Part shown: positions 22,236 to 32,618 of the stretch, piece by piece
Layout: each line of letters opens with the position of its first letter
How positions within the stretch are numbered: the stretch's first letter is position 1
Source: an uncultured delta proteobacterium
GTDB lineage: Bacteria > Desulfobacterota > Desulfobacteria > Desulfobacterales > UBA2156
Length of the DNA: 64,000 bases
Assembly: GCA_963736855.1 (NCBI GenBank)
Contig: CAVTQK010000009.1
Span: 160,001-224,000 of the forward strand
Reading direction: 5' to 3'
Notes under the pieces: model-generated
The model's database searches: none
What the model was told of the DNA's origin: nothing
The model's input: the letters and a program-made list of their open reading frames with translations, nothing else
Translations under genes and position numbers: made by a program

Positions 22236-22542
22236 AGAGCTTCACTCCCGTTCATCCGGTAAAAAATCCCGGCCAAACGGATGGATTCCATGAATCTGAT
22301 CATTTTCATATTCCCTCTTTTTACCACGCCGCCGTCAAGAAACCTCTCTGACGAAGCCTCTCTTTTCCCGGGTCATGGCGTGGTCGTTGATATCAAGGCA
22401 TCTTTTTAGGGGTAAACCTCCACCGCACTCCGTATCGGGTTTTCAAATCTCTCCGCCTCGAGGTTTCCTAGGATCTGGTCGGGTCACCGGGATAATTCAG
22501 CTTGTCCATATCAACGATAAATCCGTTAAAATGAATCGAAAA

Positions 22543-22571
22543 ATGCTATCAAAGAGACTTTTTGGTGTCAA
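22543..22571 (-). promoter_or_regulatory. Putative valS promoter implying a ~300-nt 5' leader
   Basis: TTGACA-17-TAGCAT with TGn extension. Confidence 0.55.
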
Positions 22572-22637
22572 GGTATTTGCTTTTTGAACTCGTTCCCTGT
22601 TAATTTACCTGTCACTGTTTCGTTTAGGAAATTAGCC

Positions 22638-23393
22638 ATGCGCCGCTTTTTCATTTCACCGGAAGAACTCAATGCAAACCCTCCAGCCATAAGCGGTCCA
22701 GAGGCCACCCACATCACAGCCGTGCTTCGCATGAAGGTGGGTCAACGGGTCACTCTGTTCGATGGAACCGGTCGCGATTACGATGCGGCAATCCTTTCTA
22801 TGTCTAAAAAGCGCGTGGTATTTCGGATTTTGGGACAGGGTTCTTTCCCCGGAAAGCCATTCGCTCCCGTCACCATCGCCCAGGCCTTGCTTAAAGACGG
22901 GAAGATGGACCTCTTGGTCAGGCAGCTAACCGAACTGGGAATTTTCGAACTGCTCCCCTTTTCCTCCGAACGCTCCGTTGCCAACCCTGATCCGGTACGC
23001 ATGGCCACCCGTCGAAACCGATGGGAAAAGATCGTGCTTGAGGCCATGAAACAGTGCGGAAGAAATATACCGCTACACATCGGGCCCTACACTTCTTTCC
23101 CGGAAATACTTGTCCAGGGAAATCAATTTGTCCACAAGATCCTTTTTTGGGAAAAAGGGGAAACACCCCTGCAATTCCCATCCCCGTCATTTCAGAATGA
23201 AACCGGACTTGTTCTTGCCGTCCTGGGTCCGGAGGGCGGCTTCAGCGATCGGGAAGTGTCTTGTGCCCGGGAATACGGATTCGTTACGGCATCCCTCGGG
23301 CCCCGCATTTTGAAGGCCGAGACCGCTGCGGTGGCCGCCTCGGCCATCCTCCAATATCTGTTCGGAGATTTATTCCCGAAGGGTCTTTCTTAA
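22638..23393 (+). CDS. rsmE: 16S rRNA m3U1498 methyltransferase
   Basis: MRRFF, HITAVLR, EAMKQCGR, GPEGGFS, LGPRILKAETA; SD AGGA. Confidence 0.95.
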   Translation: MRRFFISPEELNANPPAISGPEATHITAVLRMKVGQRVTLFDGTGRDYDAAILSMSKKRVVFRILGQGSFPGKPFAPVTIAQALLKDGKMDLLVRQLTELGIFELLPFSSERSVANPDPVRMATRRNRWEKIVLEAMKQCGRNIPLHIGPYTSFPEILVQGNQFVHKILFWEKGETPLQFPSPSFQNETGLVLAVLGPEGGFSDREVSCAREYGFVTASLGPRILKAETAAVAASAILQYLFGDLFPKGLS

Positions 23394-23448
23394 TTTAGTA
23401 TGCTTTTCTTCGTGCCTCTTTACCCTGCAGTTGCAGCAGGGTTTATCG

Positions 23449-23477
23449 TTGACATCTCTTAAGGCCATTGTTAATGT
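23449..23477 (+). promoter_or_regulatory. Putative sigma70 promoter of hsp20-lon
   Basis: TTGACA-17-TAATGT with TGn extension. Confidence 0.55.
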
Positions 23478-23517
23478 AAAATTATAATGGTTTCATGATG
23501 ATAGGGAGGAAGCACCC

Positions 23518-23958
23518 ATGTACGGTCTGACTGCTTGGAAGGAAAATGAAATCAACCGGCTGCGTAAAGACCTGGATGCCATTTTCAAAAGGCGCTGCAA
23601 GGACTTTGGGATTCCGATTTTCATCGAAGGCATGGAAATACTCTTCGATTTAGCGGAAACCGACACCGAGCTGATCCTAAGCGCGCAGATTCCCGGAATC
23701 CGTCCGGAAAACATTGACATTTCTGCCTCAGATGACAGCATCACCATTGAGGCCACGTCCCAATCCCGAAACGTTACGGAAAACAGGCAGTTCCGAAAAA
23801 TCGAAGAACAATCCAATACGTTCAGGCGCCGCATTGCCCTGCCGGTCCGTGTCAGAGTCGAAGACATCAAGGCCGTTTACGAAAACCAGAGCTTAAAGAT
23901 CGTCATTCCAAAATGCGACTCATCCAGAAGACGCAGCATCAAACTTCAGGTCCGATAG
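23518..23958 (+). CDS. Hsp20/alpha-crystallin family protein (divergent)
   Basis: IPGIRPENIDI, FRRRIALP, IKAVYENQSLKIVIPK; SD GGAGG. Confidence 0.85.
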   Translation: MYGLTAWKENEINRLRKDLDAIFKRRCKDFGIPIFIEGMEILFDLAETDTELILSAQIPGIRPENIDISASDDSITIEATSQSRNVTENRQFRKIEEQSNTFRRRIALPVRVRVEDIKAVYENQSLKIVIPKCDSSRRRSIKLQVR

Positions 23959-24003
23959 CACGGCCTTTTTTCTTCTTTTTCAGCCCCGGTAAGGAGGATG
24001 TAC

Positions 24004-26475
24004 ATGACGGATACGATTGAACGTTTTAAAGTCGCTATTGAAAACCTCAGATGGCGTCTGGACCCCAAAACACTCCCCTTTGACTCCACGGAAGAGTTAC
24101 AACCCCTCAAGGAAATCATCGGGCAGGAAAGAGGCGTTGAAGCCTTTCGCTTCGGCAGCCAGATGAAGAAGTCCGGATACCACATCTTTGTTACCGGCCA
24201 ACCGGGTTCGGGAAGACGAGCAACCGTAAAGCAACTCCTGGAAGAGATCGCCGGCGAAGAAAACCGGCCCGATGATTTGTGCTACGTCAACAATTTTCAA
24301 AACCCAGAGGCGCCGATATTGCTACGTTTGAAAGCCGGAGAAGGATCTTCCTTGAGACAAGAAGTCAAGGACTTGATCCATGTCATTAAGAGAGAGATAC
24401 CCAACCTGTTTTCCAGCGAGGAATATATCAACGCTAAAAAAGAGATCGTTGAGACTTCTGAGCGTAAAGCCAAAAACTTTTTTAAAAGCCTGGATCAAAA
24501 AGTCAAAGAGGAAGGATTCGCCCTAGTTGACATTCAGGTAGGCCAGATTAAAAGACCGGAGCTGATGCCCATAGTCGACGGTCAACCCATGCATATAGAC
24601 CAACTCGAAGAACTGACGGAAAAAGAGCGGTTTCCCAAGGAAGAATATCAGGAAAAACGGGAAAAATACGAACAACTGAAAGAGCAAATCGAGCACATCT
24701 TCAAAGAGCTGCGAGGACTTCAGAAAGAGGTCCAGGCCAATGTAGAGAAAATGGATCGGGCCGCTTTTGTAAAAACGGCATCCGATCTTACAGAACCCAT
24801 CGTCAAGAAATACGAAAATGCAAAGGTGCAGGAATACCTGGGATCCATGATTCAAGACATGGCCGATAACCTGAGCCTCTTCCAAGAGCAACCCCAGCCT
24901 CAGATCATGGGGTTTTTTCCTCTCATGCCGGAGACCGACCGTTTTGCTCCCTACGCAGTCAATGTCCTGGTCGATAACAGTAAGCAGCATAGGCCACCGA
25001 TCCTTATCGAAGAATTTCCTACTTATAAAAACATCTTTGGGAGCATCGATCGGATCGTGGACCGTTCCGGGATTTGGCGTTCTGATTTTTCGAAGATCAG
25101 GGCCGGCTCACTAGTGAAGGCAAACGGCGGTTTTCTGGTGCTTTACCTCAACGATGCCATCGTCGAACCGGGAGTCTGGCAGGGATTGAAACGAGCACTG
25201 AAAAGCAAGAAGCTGGAATTCCACACCTATGATCCATTTTACTTCTTTTCGGCCAGCGGCCTAAAACCTGAAGCCATCGACCTGGATGTGAAGGTTGTGC
25301 TCATCTCCGATTTCTATCTCTATCAGCTTCTCAGATATTATGATGCGGATGTGGGTAAAATCTTTGAGGTCAGGGCTGATTTTGCCACCATCATGGATAA
25401 AACGGATGAAAACATTACCCGCCTGACGGAATTCATCAAAACCATCACCGAAGAAGACCAGCTTCGCCCCTTTGACCGATCTGCGGCGGCGGCTCTCATA
25501 GAAGAGGCGGTGCGCATGACCGGACGACAGGAAAAAATTTCCAGCATGTTCCCGACTCTAAAGCACCTCATTCTGGAAGCCGACTATTGGGCCGGCCAGG
25601 GCGGATCCGAACGCGTTCAAGCCTCCCACGTGGATAAAGCGGTCGCCGCTAAAATCTACCGTTCAAACCTTATCGAAGAACAGATTCAGGAAATGATCAC
25701 CCGTGGAACCCTGATGATCGACGTAGACGGAAAGGCGGTAGGCCAGGTCAATGGGCTTGCAGTTTACTCTTTGGGTGATTTTTCCTTCGGCAAACCTTCA
25801 CGAATTACCGCCACCACATCCATGGGTCGGGCCGGTGTCATCAACATCGAGCGTGAAGCCGACCTTTCCGGGAACACTCACAACAAAGGTGTTCTTATCT
25901 TAAGCGGGTATCTGAGGGGGAAATATGCCCAGGACAAACCGCTGACTATGAGCGCCAGTATCGCCTTTGAACAATCTTACAGCGGGGTGGACGGTGACAG
26001 CGCCTCATCTACAGAAGTTTATTCGCTGCTCTCGAGTCTTTCCGGAGTCTCCATCCATCAGGATATCGCCGTCACCGGTTCCGTAAACCAAAAGGGGGAA
26101 GTCCAGGCCATCGGGGGTGTCAATCAGAAAATCGAGGGTTTCTTCGACTGCTGCAAGTGTTTAGGATTCACCGGAAAGCAGGGAGTGATAATCCCCAATG
26201 CCAATATCAAGGACCTAATGCTCAGAAAGGATATCGTCGAAGCGGTCAAGGAAGGCCGGTTCCACATTTATTCCGTAAAAACCATCGATGAAGGAATTGA
26301 AATCCTCACCGGTCAATCCGCCGGCGAAAAAAGAGAAGACGGCACCTTTCCTGAAGGCACCATTAATGCTCTGGTAGATAGCAAATTGAGAGCCCTTGCC
26401 GAGGGACTCAAAGAGTTCGGTACCTTTGAAGAAGGAGAAAATCGGAAGGAAAAAAAGAAAAATCATACCGACTGA
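24004..26475 (+). CDS. Lon-like S16 protease (LonC/AAA_32 type)
   Basis: IGQERG, GSLVKANGG, VGQVNGL, catalytic DGDSAS and GGVNQKIEGF. Start ATG 24004 after AGGAGG. Confidence 0.92.
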   Translation: MTDTIERFKVAIENLRWRLDPKTLPFDSTEELQPLKEIIGQERGVEAFRFGSQMKKSGYHIFVTGQPGSGRRATVKQLLEEIAGEENRPDDLCYVNNFQNPEAPILLRLKAGEGSSLRQEVKDLIHVIKREIPNLFSSEEYINAKKEIVETSERKAKNFFKSLDQKVKEEGFALVDIQVGQIKRPELMPIVDGQPMHIDQLEELTEKERFPKEEYQEKREKYEQLKEQIEHIFKELRGLQKEVQANVEKMDRAAFVKTASDLTEPIVKKYENAKVQEYLGSMIQDMADNLSLFQEQPQPQIMGFFPLMPETDRFAPYAVNVLVDNSKQHRPPILIEEFPTYKNIFGSIDRIVDRSGIWRSDFSKIRAGSLVKANGGFLVLYLNDAIVEPGVWQGLKRALKSKKLEFHTYDPFYFFSASGLKPEAIDLDVKVVLISDFYLYQLLRYYDADVGKIFEVRADFATIMDKTDENITRLTEFIKTITEEDQLRPFDRSAAAALIEEAVRMTGRQEKISSMFPTLKHLILEADYWAGQGGSERVQASHVDKAVAAKIYRSNLIEEQIQEMITRGTLMIDVDGKAVGQVNGLAVYSLGDFSFGKPSRITATTSMGRAGVINIEREADLSGNTHNKGVLILSGYLRGKYAQDKPLTMSASIAFEQSYSGVDGDSASSTEVYSLLSSLSGVSIHQDIAVTGSVNQKGEVQAIGGVNQKIEGFFDCCKCLGFTGKQGVIIPNANIKDLMLRKDIVEAVKEGRFHIYSVKTIDEGIEILTGQSAGEKREDGTFPEGTINALVDSKLRALAEGLKEFGTFEEGENRKEKKKNHTD

Positions 26476-26661
26476 TCTTTCCTGCTCAATCTCTTCCTCG
26501 AGCCTTACCCGCCCTTTTTTGTGCGATGCCTGCGGATAACCTGCCCTTTCCGCTAATCAAAGGTTACGCCCGATTGACTTTTGATCTATCTTGCTTATTT
26601 TTTATCCCAATGATCCGGATCCCTTCTATCCCTTATCAAAGGATCAAAAAGCAGGTGAATC

Positions 26662-27789
26662 GTGAAAAAACGAAGACGTTTCTTTATGGTGGCGTTATCA
26701 ATTGCCGGAGCCTTGGTTATTGGTAGCGTTGCTCTTGATAAAGCAGGTGAATCTATGGATAAAGCACTGCAAACAGAGCTTGAAAGCGCGGTTTTCGCCG
26801 GAGGTTGTTTCTGGTGCATTGAGTCGGACTTTGAAAAAGTAGCCGGCGTGATCGAAGTCTTATCCGGGTATACCGGAGGTAGCAAGGAAAATCCATCCTA
26901 TGAAGAAGTGTCGTCGGGGGGAACCGGCCATGCGGAGGCAGTCCTGGTACGATACGATCCGAAAAAAATTACTTATGAAGCGCTTCTGAAAGTCTTCTGG
27001 AGGCATATCGATCCCACCGATTCCGGGGGGCAGTTTGTGGATCAAGGAACCCAATATCGATCCGGTATATTTTATAAGGACGACTCGCAAAAACGCCTGG
27101 CAGAAAAATCCAAAAAAGAACTGGAATCCTCCGGACGATTCGATAAACCCATCGTCACCCAGATTCTCCCATTGACACACTTTTATCCGGCCGAAGACTA
27201 CCACCAGGACTACCACAAGAAAAACCCCATCCGATACACGTGGTACCGACGCGGATCCGGGAGAGATGCCTTTCTGGAAAAGACATGGAAAAAACGATGG
27301 GAGAGCGAGAATCCATCGGCCAAGACTGCTTATACCAAGCCGGGGAATGCCGAACTTCGAAAACGATTGACGCCCATGCAATACAACGTCACCCAGGAAG
27401 AGGGGACCGAACCCCCTTTTAAAAACACTTATTGGGACAATAAGAAGGCGGGCATTTACGTGGACATCGTATCCGGAGAACCGCTCTTTTCGTCTCTGGA
27501 TAAATTCGACTCCGGCACCGGCTGGCCCAGTTTTACCCGTCCCCTGGTTTCCGAAAATATCGTTGAAAAGACGGACCGCAGTCTTTTTACGGTGCGAACC
27601 GAAGTTCGCAGCAAACACGGGGACTCACACCTCGGTCATGTGTTTACCGATGGTCCGGCCCCCACCGGGCTTCGTTATTGCATCAATTCTGCGGCATTGC
27701 GGTTCATACCGGCCGAAAACCTGGAAAATGAAGGATATGATCAGTTTGTCGGCCTCTTTTCCGGCTCATCAAAGACGGCTGGGCAGTAA
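26662..27789 (+). CDS. msrAB: Exported bifunctional peptide-methionine sulfoxide reductase
   Basis: Signal peptide, [34 protein letters not shown]. Confidence 0.96.
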   Translation: MKKRRRFFMVALSIAGALVIGSVALDKAGESMDKALQTELESAVFAGGCFWCIESDFEKVAGVIEVLSGYTGGSKENPSYEEVSSGGTGHAEAVLVRYDPKKITYEALLKVFWRHIDPTDSGGQFVDQGTQYRSGIFYKDDSQKRLAEKSKKELESSGRFDKPIVTQILPLTHFYPAEDYHQDYHKKNPIRYTWYRRGSGRDAFLEKTWKKRWESENPSAKTAYTKPGNAELRKRLTPMQYNVTQEEGTEPPFKNTYWDNKKAGIYVDIVSGEPLFSSLDKFDSGTGWPSFTRPLVSENIVEKTDRSLFTVRTEVRSKHGDSHLGHVFTDGPAPTGLRYCINSAALRFIPAENLENEGYDQFVGLFSGSSKTAGQ

Positions 27790-27797
27790 CGACGGAT

Positions 27798-29110
27798 TTA
27801 ACTCCGAAGGCTGAGGTTCCTGACACGGACCTCGGTGAAAAAGTCCACCAGGTCCTTGCGGGACAGATCCTCCGTCTCCAGGGCGAAGGCCGAAGACCGA
27901 TACAGTTCCCAGTTATCTTTAAGGGTTTCAGGCAAAAAGAGGCGATCGTATAGAGCGCTTCCCGGGGGAAGATAGAAAATCGACGGGCCGACTAAAACCT
28001 TTTGGTCAAAAAGATAGTCAATGGTATCCTGGATCTCCTTTCTGGTCTGTCCCGGAAGCCCGATGATGAGATACACGGTGATATAGAATCCGAGCCGGTG
28101 GGCTTCCCGGATGAGCGATTCTATGTGTTGACCACTCCCCGGCCTGCGGAAGATTTTCTGTAAAGCATCATCCCGGGTGACAAGAGAAAGATTGAGCCGT
28201 TGAAACCCGGCTTTTTTCATCCAAACGAGTATTTCTTCATTCAGTGTGGAATGGCACAGGCCGTTCATTGCGGTCAGCTCGACGTCCTTCAGGTCGGATT
28301 CCTTTGATACCGCCTCCAGGAAAGCGCAAAACCATTTCTGGTTAAAGGAAAGATTGTCGTCTTCGAAATTGAAAACCGATGTCTGATTCTGCACCCGGCT
28401 TGTCCGCATTTCATCGATAACCGCATTCGGATCCCGATACTCGATGCGTCGGCCGAACATGGCCGCTACACTGCAAAACTCACAGGCAAAAGGGCAGCCT
28501 CGGCTGGCGGAAAGGGAGATGTAGGCTCTTTTCCCGATTCGGTATGCCCCGCCGGAAATCAGCCCCCGGTCCGGCAAGATTTCCTTCCAGTCAATCCTCG
28601 ACGCGGCTACTCCCATTTCCTCCAGGAATCCGGGAATGCAGGTTTCCGCCGGACCGGCAAGCACCCGGTCGATGTGGGGGCAGCGCGTAAGGATCTTGTC
28701 GGCAAAAACCGTGGCATGGTTTCCGCCGATAAATACGGGAAGATCGAAATGCGCCTTGATGGCAGCCGCCACATCGGCGACACTCTTGAAATAAGCCGTA
28801 TACTGGGATGAGATGCCCACGGCATCGGGGCCAAATGACCGGATCTCCTTTAAGACCTTTTCCTCCTCAATACCGAACCGGTAGTATCCTTTAAAAAAAT
28901 AGGGGTTTTCCTTTAAAAAAGGCTCAAGATACCCAAATGTCGAGGGCAGCGGAATCCGACGTTTCTTTAGGGGATTAAGGCAATCGAGGATCCGTACATC
29001 GACACCGTTGAGCTGAAATACTTTAGCTGCATATAGAGTCCTAAAGGATAAAGACGGATGGGGGTGGTGTAGAAATCCTCAAGGGGCGGCTGGATCAAAA
29101 GGATCTTCAA
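27798..29110 (-). pseudogene. B12-binding radical SAM protein, frameshifted as sequenced (missing base near 29035)
   Basis: TTG 29110 gives MKILLIQPPLEDFYTTPIRLYPLGL; the sequence continues in another frame as YAAKVFQLNGVDVRILDC...GISSQ...SRGCPFACEFC. Confidence 0.8.
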
Positions 29111-29124
29111 GGTTCAGGCTTTTT

Positions 29125-29899
29125 CTAAGACTCTGCATTCAAGAGGGCTAAGAAGTCTTCCCACGAAGCGATTCTTGGAATTTCATCGTCGGAATTCTTC
29201 GGACTTTCGGAAAAGACTCCCGATGTAAACGGTAGACTTCTATCCCACGCATAGGTCATCCATACAGGGGACAAGTCCTGATTTCATGGCTCCGGTGAGA
29301 TCCGCTTCAGGGTCGTCTCCCACGAAAAGGATCCGTTCTTTCTTTTCTGAAAGACCCTCGGCCAAGGCATTGAAAACGCTCGAATGGGGTTTCCGGTATC
29401 CGTTCTCTCCGGAGATGACAATCGTTGTGAAATATTTGTCGATATCCAGTATCGTCAGGATTTTTCGGGCAGCCGGCGCATGGGTGAAATTGGAAAGAAG
29501 CCCTAAGGGGAAGCGCTTCTGAAGCTCTTTCAGCATCGCTTCCGTTCCGGGAATCAGTCGGACATTGGAATAAAAAGCGCTGAAATACGCTTCGACGGCT
29601 GCGGCAATCCGGGGATCATCCGGAGGAAGTCGGTTCCCCAATCGATTAAGAGTATCGCAGATCCAGAATTGATTGTGAGTCTCCTTCCCGCTTTCCCGGG
29701 AACGTTCAATATGCCAGGCAACGATCGTTGCGTAATGCTCATCGAACGCTTCCTCGTCCATATCAAACCCGCTTTGTCTTAAGCTTCGAATCAGGCGATC
29801 CATGGCTTCGTCGAGGGTATGCTCTTCGGCAAAAACCAGGGTATTGAAAAGGTCGAATCCGATCGCCCCGATGCCATCCCGGTCATTTTTAATCTTCAT
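29125..29899 (-). CDS. HAD family hydrolase; C-terminus frameshifted as sequenced (extra base at 29267-29270)
   Basis: FDLFNTL, LLSN, RKP, VGDD...D motifs. The read frame stops at 29240; the shifted frame gives VPVWMTY...IPRIASWEDFLALLNAES* ending at 29125. Confidence 0.82.
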
Positions 29900-30788
29900 G
29901 GGTCAATCCGGCCTCCATTAAAATAGCGGCAAGCTTTTTTTTCTCATCTTCTTCTAGAGGCATCAGGGGTGACCGAACTTCGCCTCCGAAATATCCCAGC
30001 AAATCCAGGGCCGCCTTCAACCCCGCAACTCCGAAAATTGCTGTTACGGCCTTGTCCACAGGGATCATCCTGATCTGAAGGGATCTTGCCGCCTCATAAT
30101 CACCGGCCTGAGTCCGTTCGAGTATCCTTACACACGCTTCCGGTGCAATGTTGGCAAGGGCCAGAATTCCCCCGGCACACCCAAGAGAAAGTCCGCCGAA
30201 AAGCGCTCCGGCAGTCCCCACGAGAACGTTAAATCCATCCGCTGATCGGCGGAGATACTCGCCTATAAGGCTCACATCTCCCGAGCTGTCTTTGATTCCG
30301 ATGATGTTGGGATGTTCGGAAAGCCTGAAAACAAGATCCGGCGTCAATACCAGGTGAACGAATTTGGGAACATTATAAAGCAGCAAGGGGATTGCGGCCT
30401 CATCGGCTGTCTTCCGATAATGGCTATAAAGAGCCTTATCATTCATTTTGGCCCCGAAGAAGTGCGGAGGAATGACCAGGGCGGCCTTGGCGCCCAACCT
30501 GGCGCAATCGTTAGTCAGTCGAATGGTTTCCGACGTGGATTCGCATCCCGTACCGGCGATGACGAGAATGTTCTTCGGCGACACGGATACCGCAGCTTGC
30601 ATCAGTTCCCGCTTTTCCGATTCCGAAAGATAGGCGGCCTCGCCGTTCGAACCGAGAACCACGATCCCTTTGATCCCTGTTTTCGACCACCGGGTGATGT
30701 TGCTCTCCAGCTTCTCCAATGCCAATTTCCCATCGATAAACGGCGTGGCAATGGGTGGGAAAATACCCTTTAAATCGAGAGAATTCAT
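29889..30788 (-). CDS. DapA-family aldolase (4-hydroxy-2-oxoglutarate aldolase-like)
   Basis: TPF, GSNGE instead of GTTGE, LYNVP, GIKDS Schiff-base Lys. Confidence 0.88.
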   Translation of the reverse strand: MNSLDLKGIFPPIATPFIDGKLALEKLESNITRWSKTGIKGIVVLGSNGEAAYLSESEKRELMQAAVSVSPKNILVIAGTGCESTSETIRLTNDCARLGAKAALVIPPHFFGAKMNDKALYSHYRKTADEAAIPLLLYNVPKFVHLVLTPDLVFRLSEHPNIIGIKDSSGDVSLIGEYLRRSADGFNVLVGTAGALFGGLSLGCAGGILALANIAPEACVRILERTQAGDYEAARSLQIRMIPVDKAVTAIFGVAGLKAALDLLGYFGGEVRSPLMPLEEDEKKKLAAILMEAGLTHED

Positions 30789-30832
30789 TCCTTAGACCTC
30801 TTTTTATTTAAGGAATCCGTGGAACGGCGGTT

Positions 30833-31225
30833 TTATGGATTTAAGATACGTTGCGCGGCTTTGTTATCTGAAAAACGGAAAACCATTACTGCGGTCCCGG
30901 ATTTCGTGCCGGCAGCGATATAACTGTACTCGATCCGAATGTCGGAATCTTTGAAAAGTTCCAGCATCCGACTCAATCCACCGGGTTTGTCATCCGTTTC
31001 AATAATCACCACTTCATTGGTCACAGCGGCCAGCTTGTTTGCGCTTAACACTTCCAGGGCCTTATCCGGATCGGATACGACCATCCGCAATTTGCAATAT
31101 CCGTCGCCGTTGTCTACAAGGCAATGACCACGGATATTGATCCCTTCCCGGCCCAAAACCGAAAAGACATTTCCCACCCGCAGGGCGGAGTTACCGGTTA
31201 ATACGGTCAGTTGTTTTCCGATCAT
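30833..31225 (-). CDS. ACT domain-containing protein
   Basis: KQLTV...GINIRG...DDKPGGL...IEYSY, a tandem ACT pattern. Confidence 0.8.
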   Translation of the reverse strand: MIGKQLTVLTGNSALRVGNVFSVLGREGINIRGHCLVDNGDGYCKLRMVVSDPDKALEVLSANKLAAVTNEVVIIETDDKPGGLSRMLELFKDSDIRIEYSYIAAGTKSGTAVMVFRFSDNKAAQRILNP

Positions 31226-31454
31226 GACGTTTTCCTCTTAACACTTTTCTCCATCGCTTTTCTAATGGCAGGCGGCCTGATTGGGCTGGGCTTTTATAAC
31301 CTGTCCCGTATTGATTTTGCAATGCATTTCCCTTCGGATCATAAACACATCGAAAACGCATAAGCTTTCTTTTGGTATCGAAAATTTTGTGACTTCCGGG
31401 TATTTTAATCGCGATTTTTCTGTTAGATTAATCTAAAAATGGTAAGGAAATAAT

Positions 31455-32618
31455 ATGCGATCTCGGCACCAAATCTATTTTTCAGATTCCCGTCACATGG
31501 AGGATGTCCCTGATGAAAGCATAGATCTTATCGTCACTTCCCCTCCCTATCCGGTGATTGAGATGTGGGATCCGGTTTTTATCAAACAGGACCCCAAGAT
31601 CGGGACGGCTTTTCAAAACAGAAAATTCGGGGAAGCTTTTGAAGGGATGCATCAACAACTCGACGGGGTATGGAAGGAAAGTTTCAGGGTATTAAAAAAG
31701 GGAGGGCTGGCCTGCATTAACGTGGGGGATGCCACCCGCACCCTCAACGACGATTTTGCCTTGTATTCGAACCATTCCAGGATCCTTGCCTGTTTGCAGA
31801 AACTCGGTTTCACCGCCCTTCCATGCATCCTGTGGCGCAAACAGACTAATGCTCCCAACAAATTCATGGGATCGGGAATGCTTCCTCCCGGCGCCTATGT
31901 CACCCTGGAGCATGAATACATCCTGATCGCACGAAAAGGGTCCATCCGGGAGTTTAAAAACGCCGTGGAAAAGAAACACCGGCGTGAAAGCGCCTTTTTC
32001 TGGGAAGAGCGAAACGTTTGGTTTTCCGACATTTGGACGGATCTAAAAGGGGCATCACAAGATCTTTTTGATAAAAATACCCGGAAACGCAGTGGGGCTT
32101 TTCCTTTTGAGCTGCCCTACCGGCTGATCTCCATGTTCTCCGTCAAGGGAGATACGGTCCTGGATCCTTTCCTCGGTATCGGCACGACCCTTATGGCTGC
32201 TATGGCTGCGGCTCGAAACAGCATCGGATACGAGTTCGACCACCATTTTCAAAAGGCAATCCGCTCCGGAATCGCAGGAATTGAAGACCTTGCAAACCGC
32301 CGGATTCTGGAACGTCTTCGAAATCACATTCGATTTGTTGAAAACCGTTTAGAAGAAGGAAAATCCTTAAAGCACCAAAACGTGTATTACAGCTTTCCTG
32401 TCATGACGCGGCAGGAAACCGAGCTGATCCTAAACGAGGTGGTCTTTGTAGAAAAATCGACCGGGAACCGCTTTGAAGTAGAGTATACAGATAAACCCAT
32501 AGGTGATAACGAGGATGCGGCGGCATGGGAAAAACCCGGTATGGAGGGGAAAACTCTTAGCCTGTCAAGATCGAAATCAAATCGGTCCCGAACGCCGAAA
32601 CAAAGATCTCTTTTTTAA
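31455..32618 (+). CDS. Site-specific DNA methyltransferase (beta class, probably N4-cytosine)
   Basis: Catalytic TSPPY precedes SAM-binding VLDPFLGIGTT. Confidence 0.9.
   Translation: MRSRHQIYFSDSRHMEDVPDESIDLIVTSPPYPVIEMWDPVFIKQDPKIGTAFQNRKFGEAFEGMHQQLDGVWKESFRVLKKGGLACINVGDATRTLNDDFALYSNHSRILACLQKLGFTALPCILWRKQTNAPNKFMGSGMLPPGAYVTLEHEYILIARKGSIREFKNAVEKKHRRESAFFWEERNVWFSDIWTDLKGASQDLFDKNTRKRSGAFPFELPYRLISMFSVKGDTVLDPFLGIGTTLMAAMAAARNSIGYEFDHHFQKAIRSGIAGIEDLANRRILERLRNHIRFVENRLEEGKSLKHQNVYYSFPVMTRQETELILNEVVFVEKSTGNRFEVEYTDKPIGDNEDAAAWEKPGMEGKTLSLSRSKSNRSRTPKQRSLF

Noticed and set aside
22240..22540. T-box, glycine riboswitch or 6S RNA upstream of valS
   Set aside because: No UGGNACC bulge, no complete glycine aptamer consensus and no 6S context. 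Kept only as an unclassified structure.
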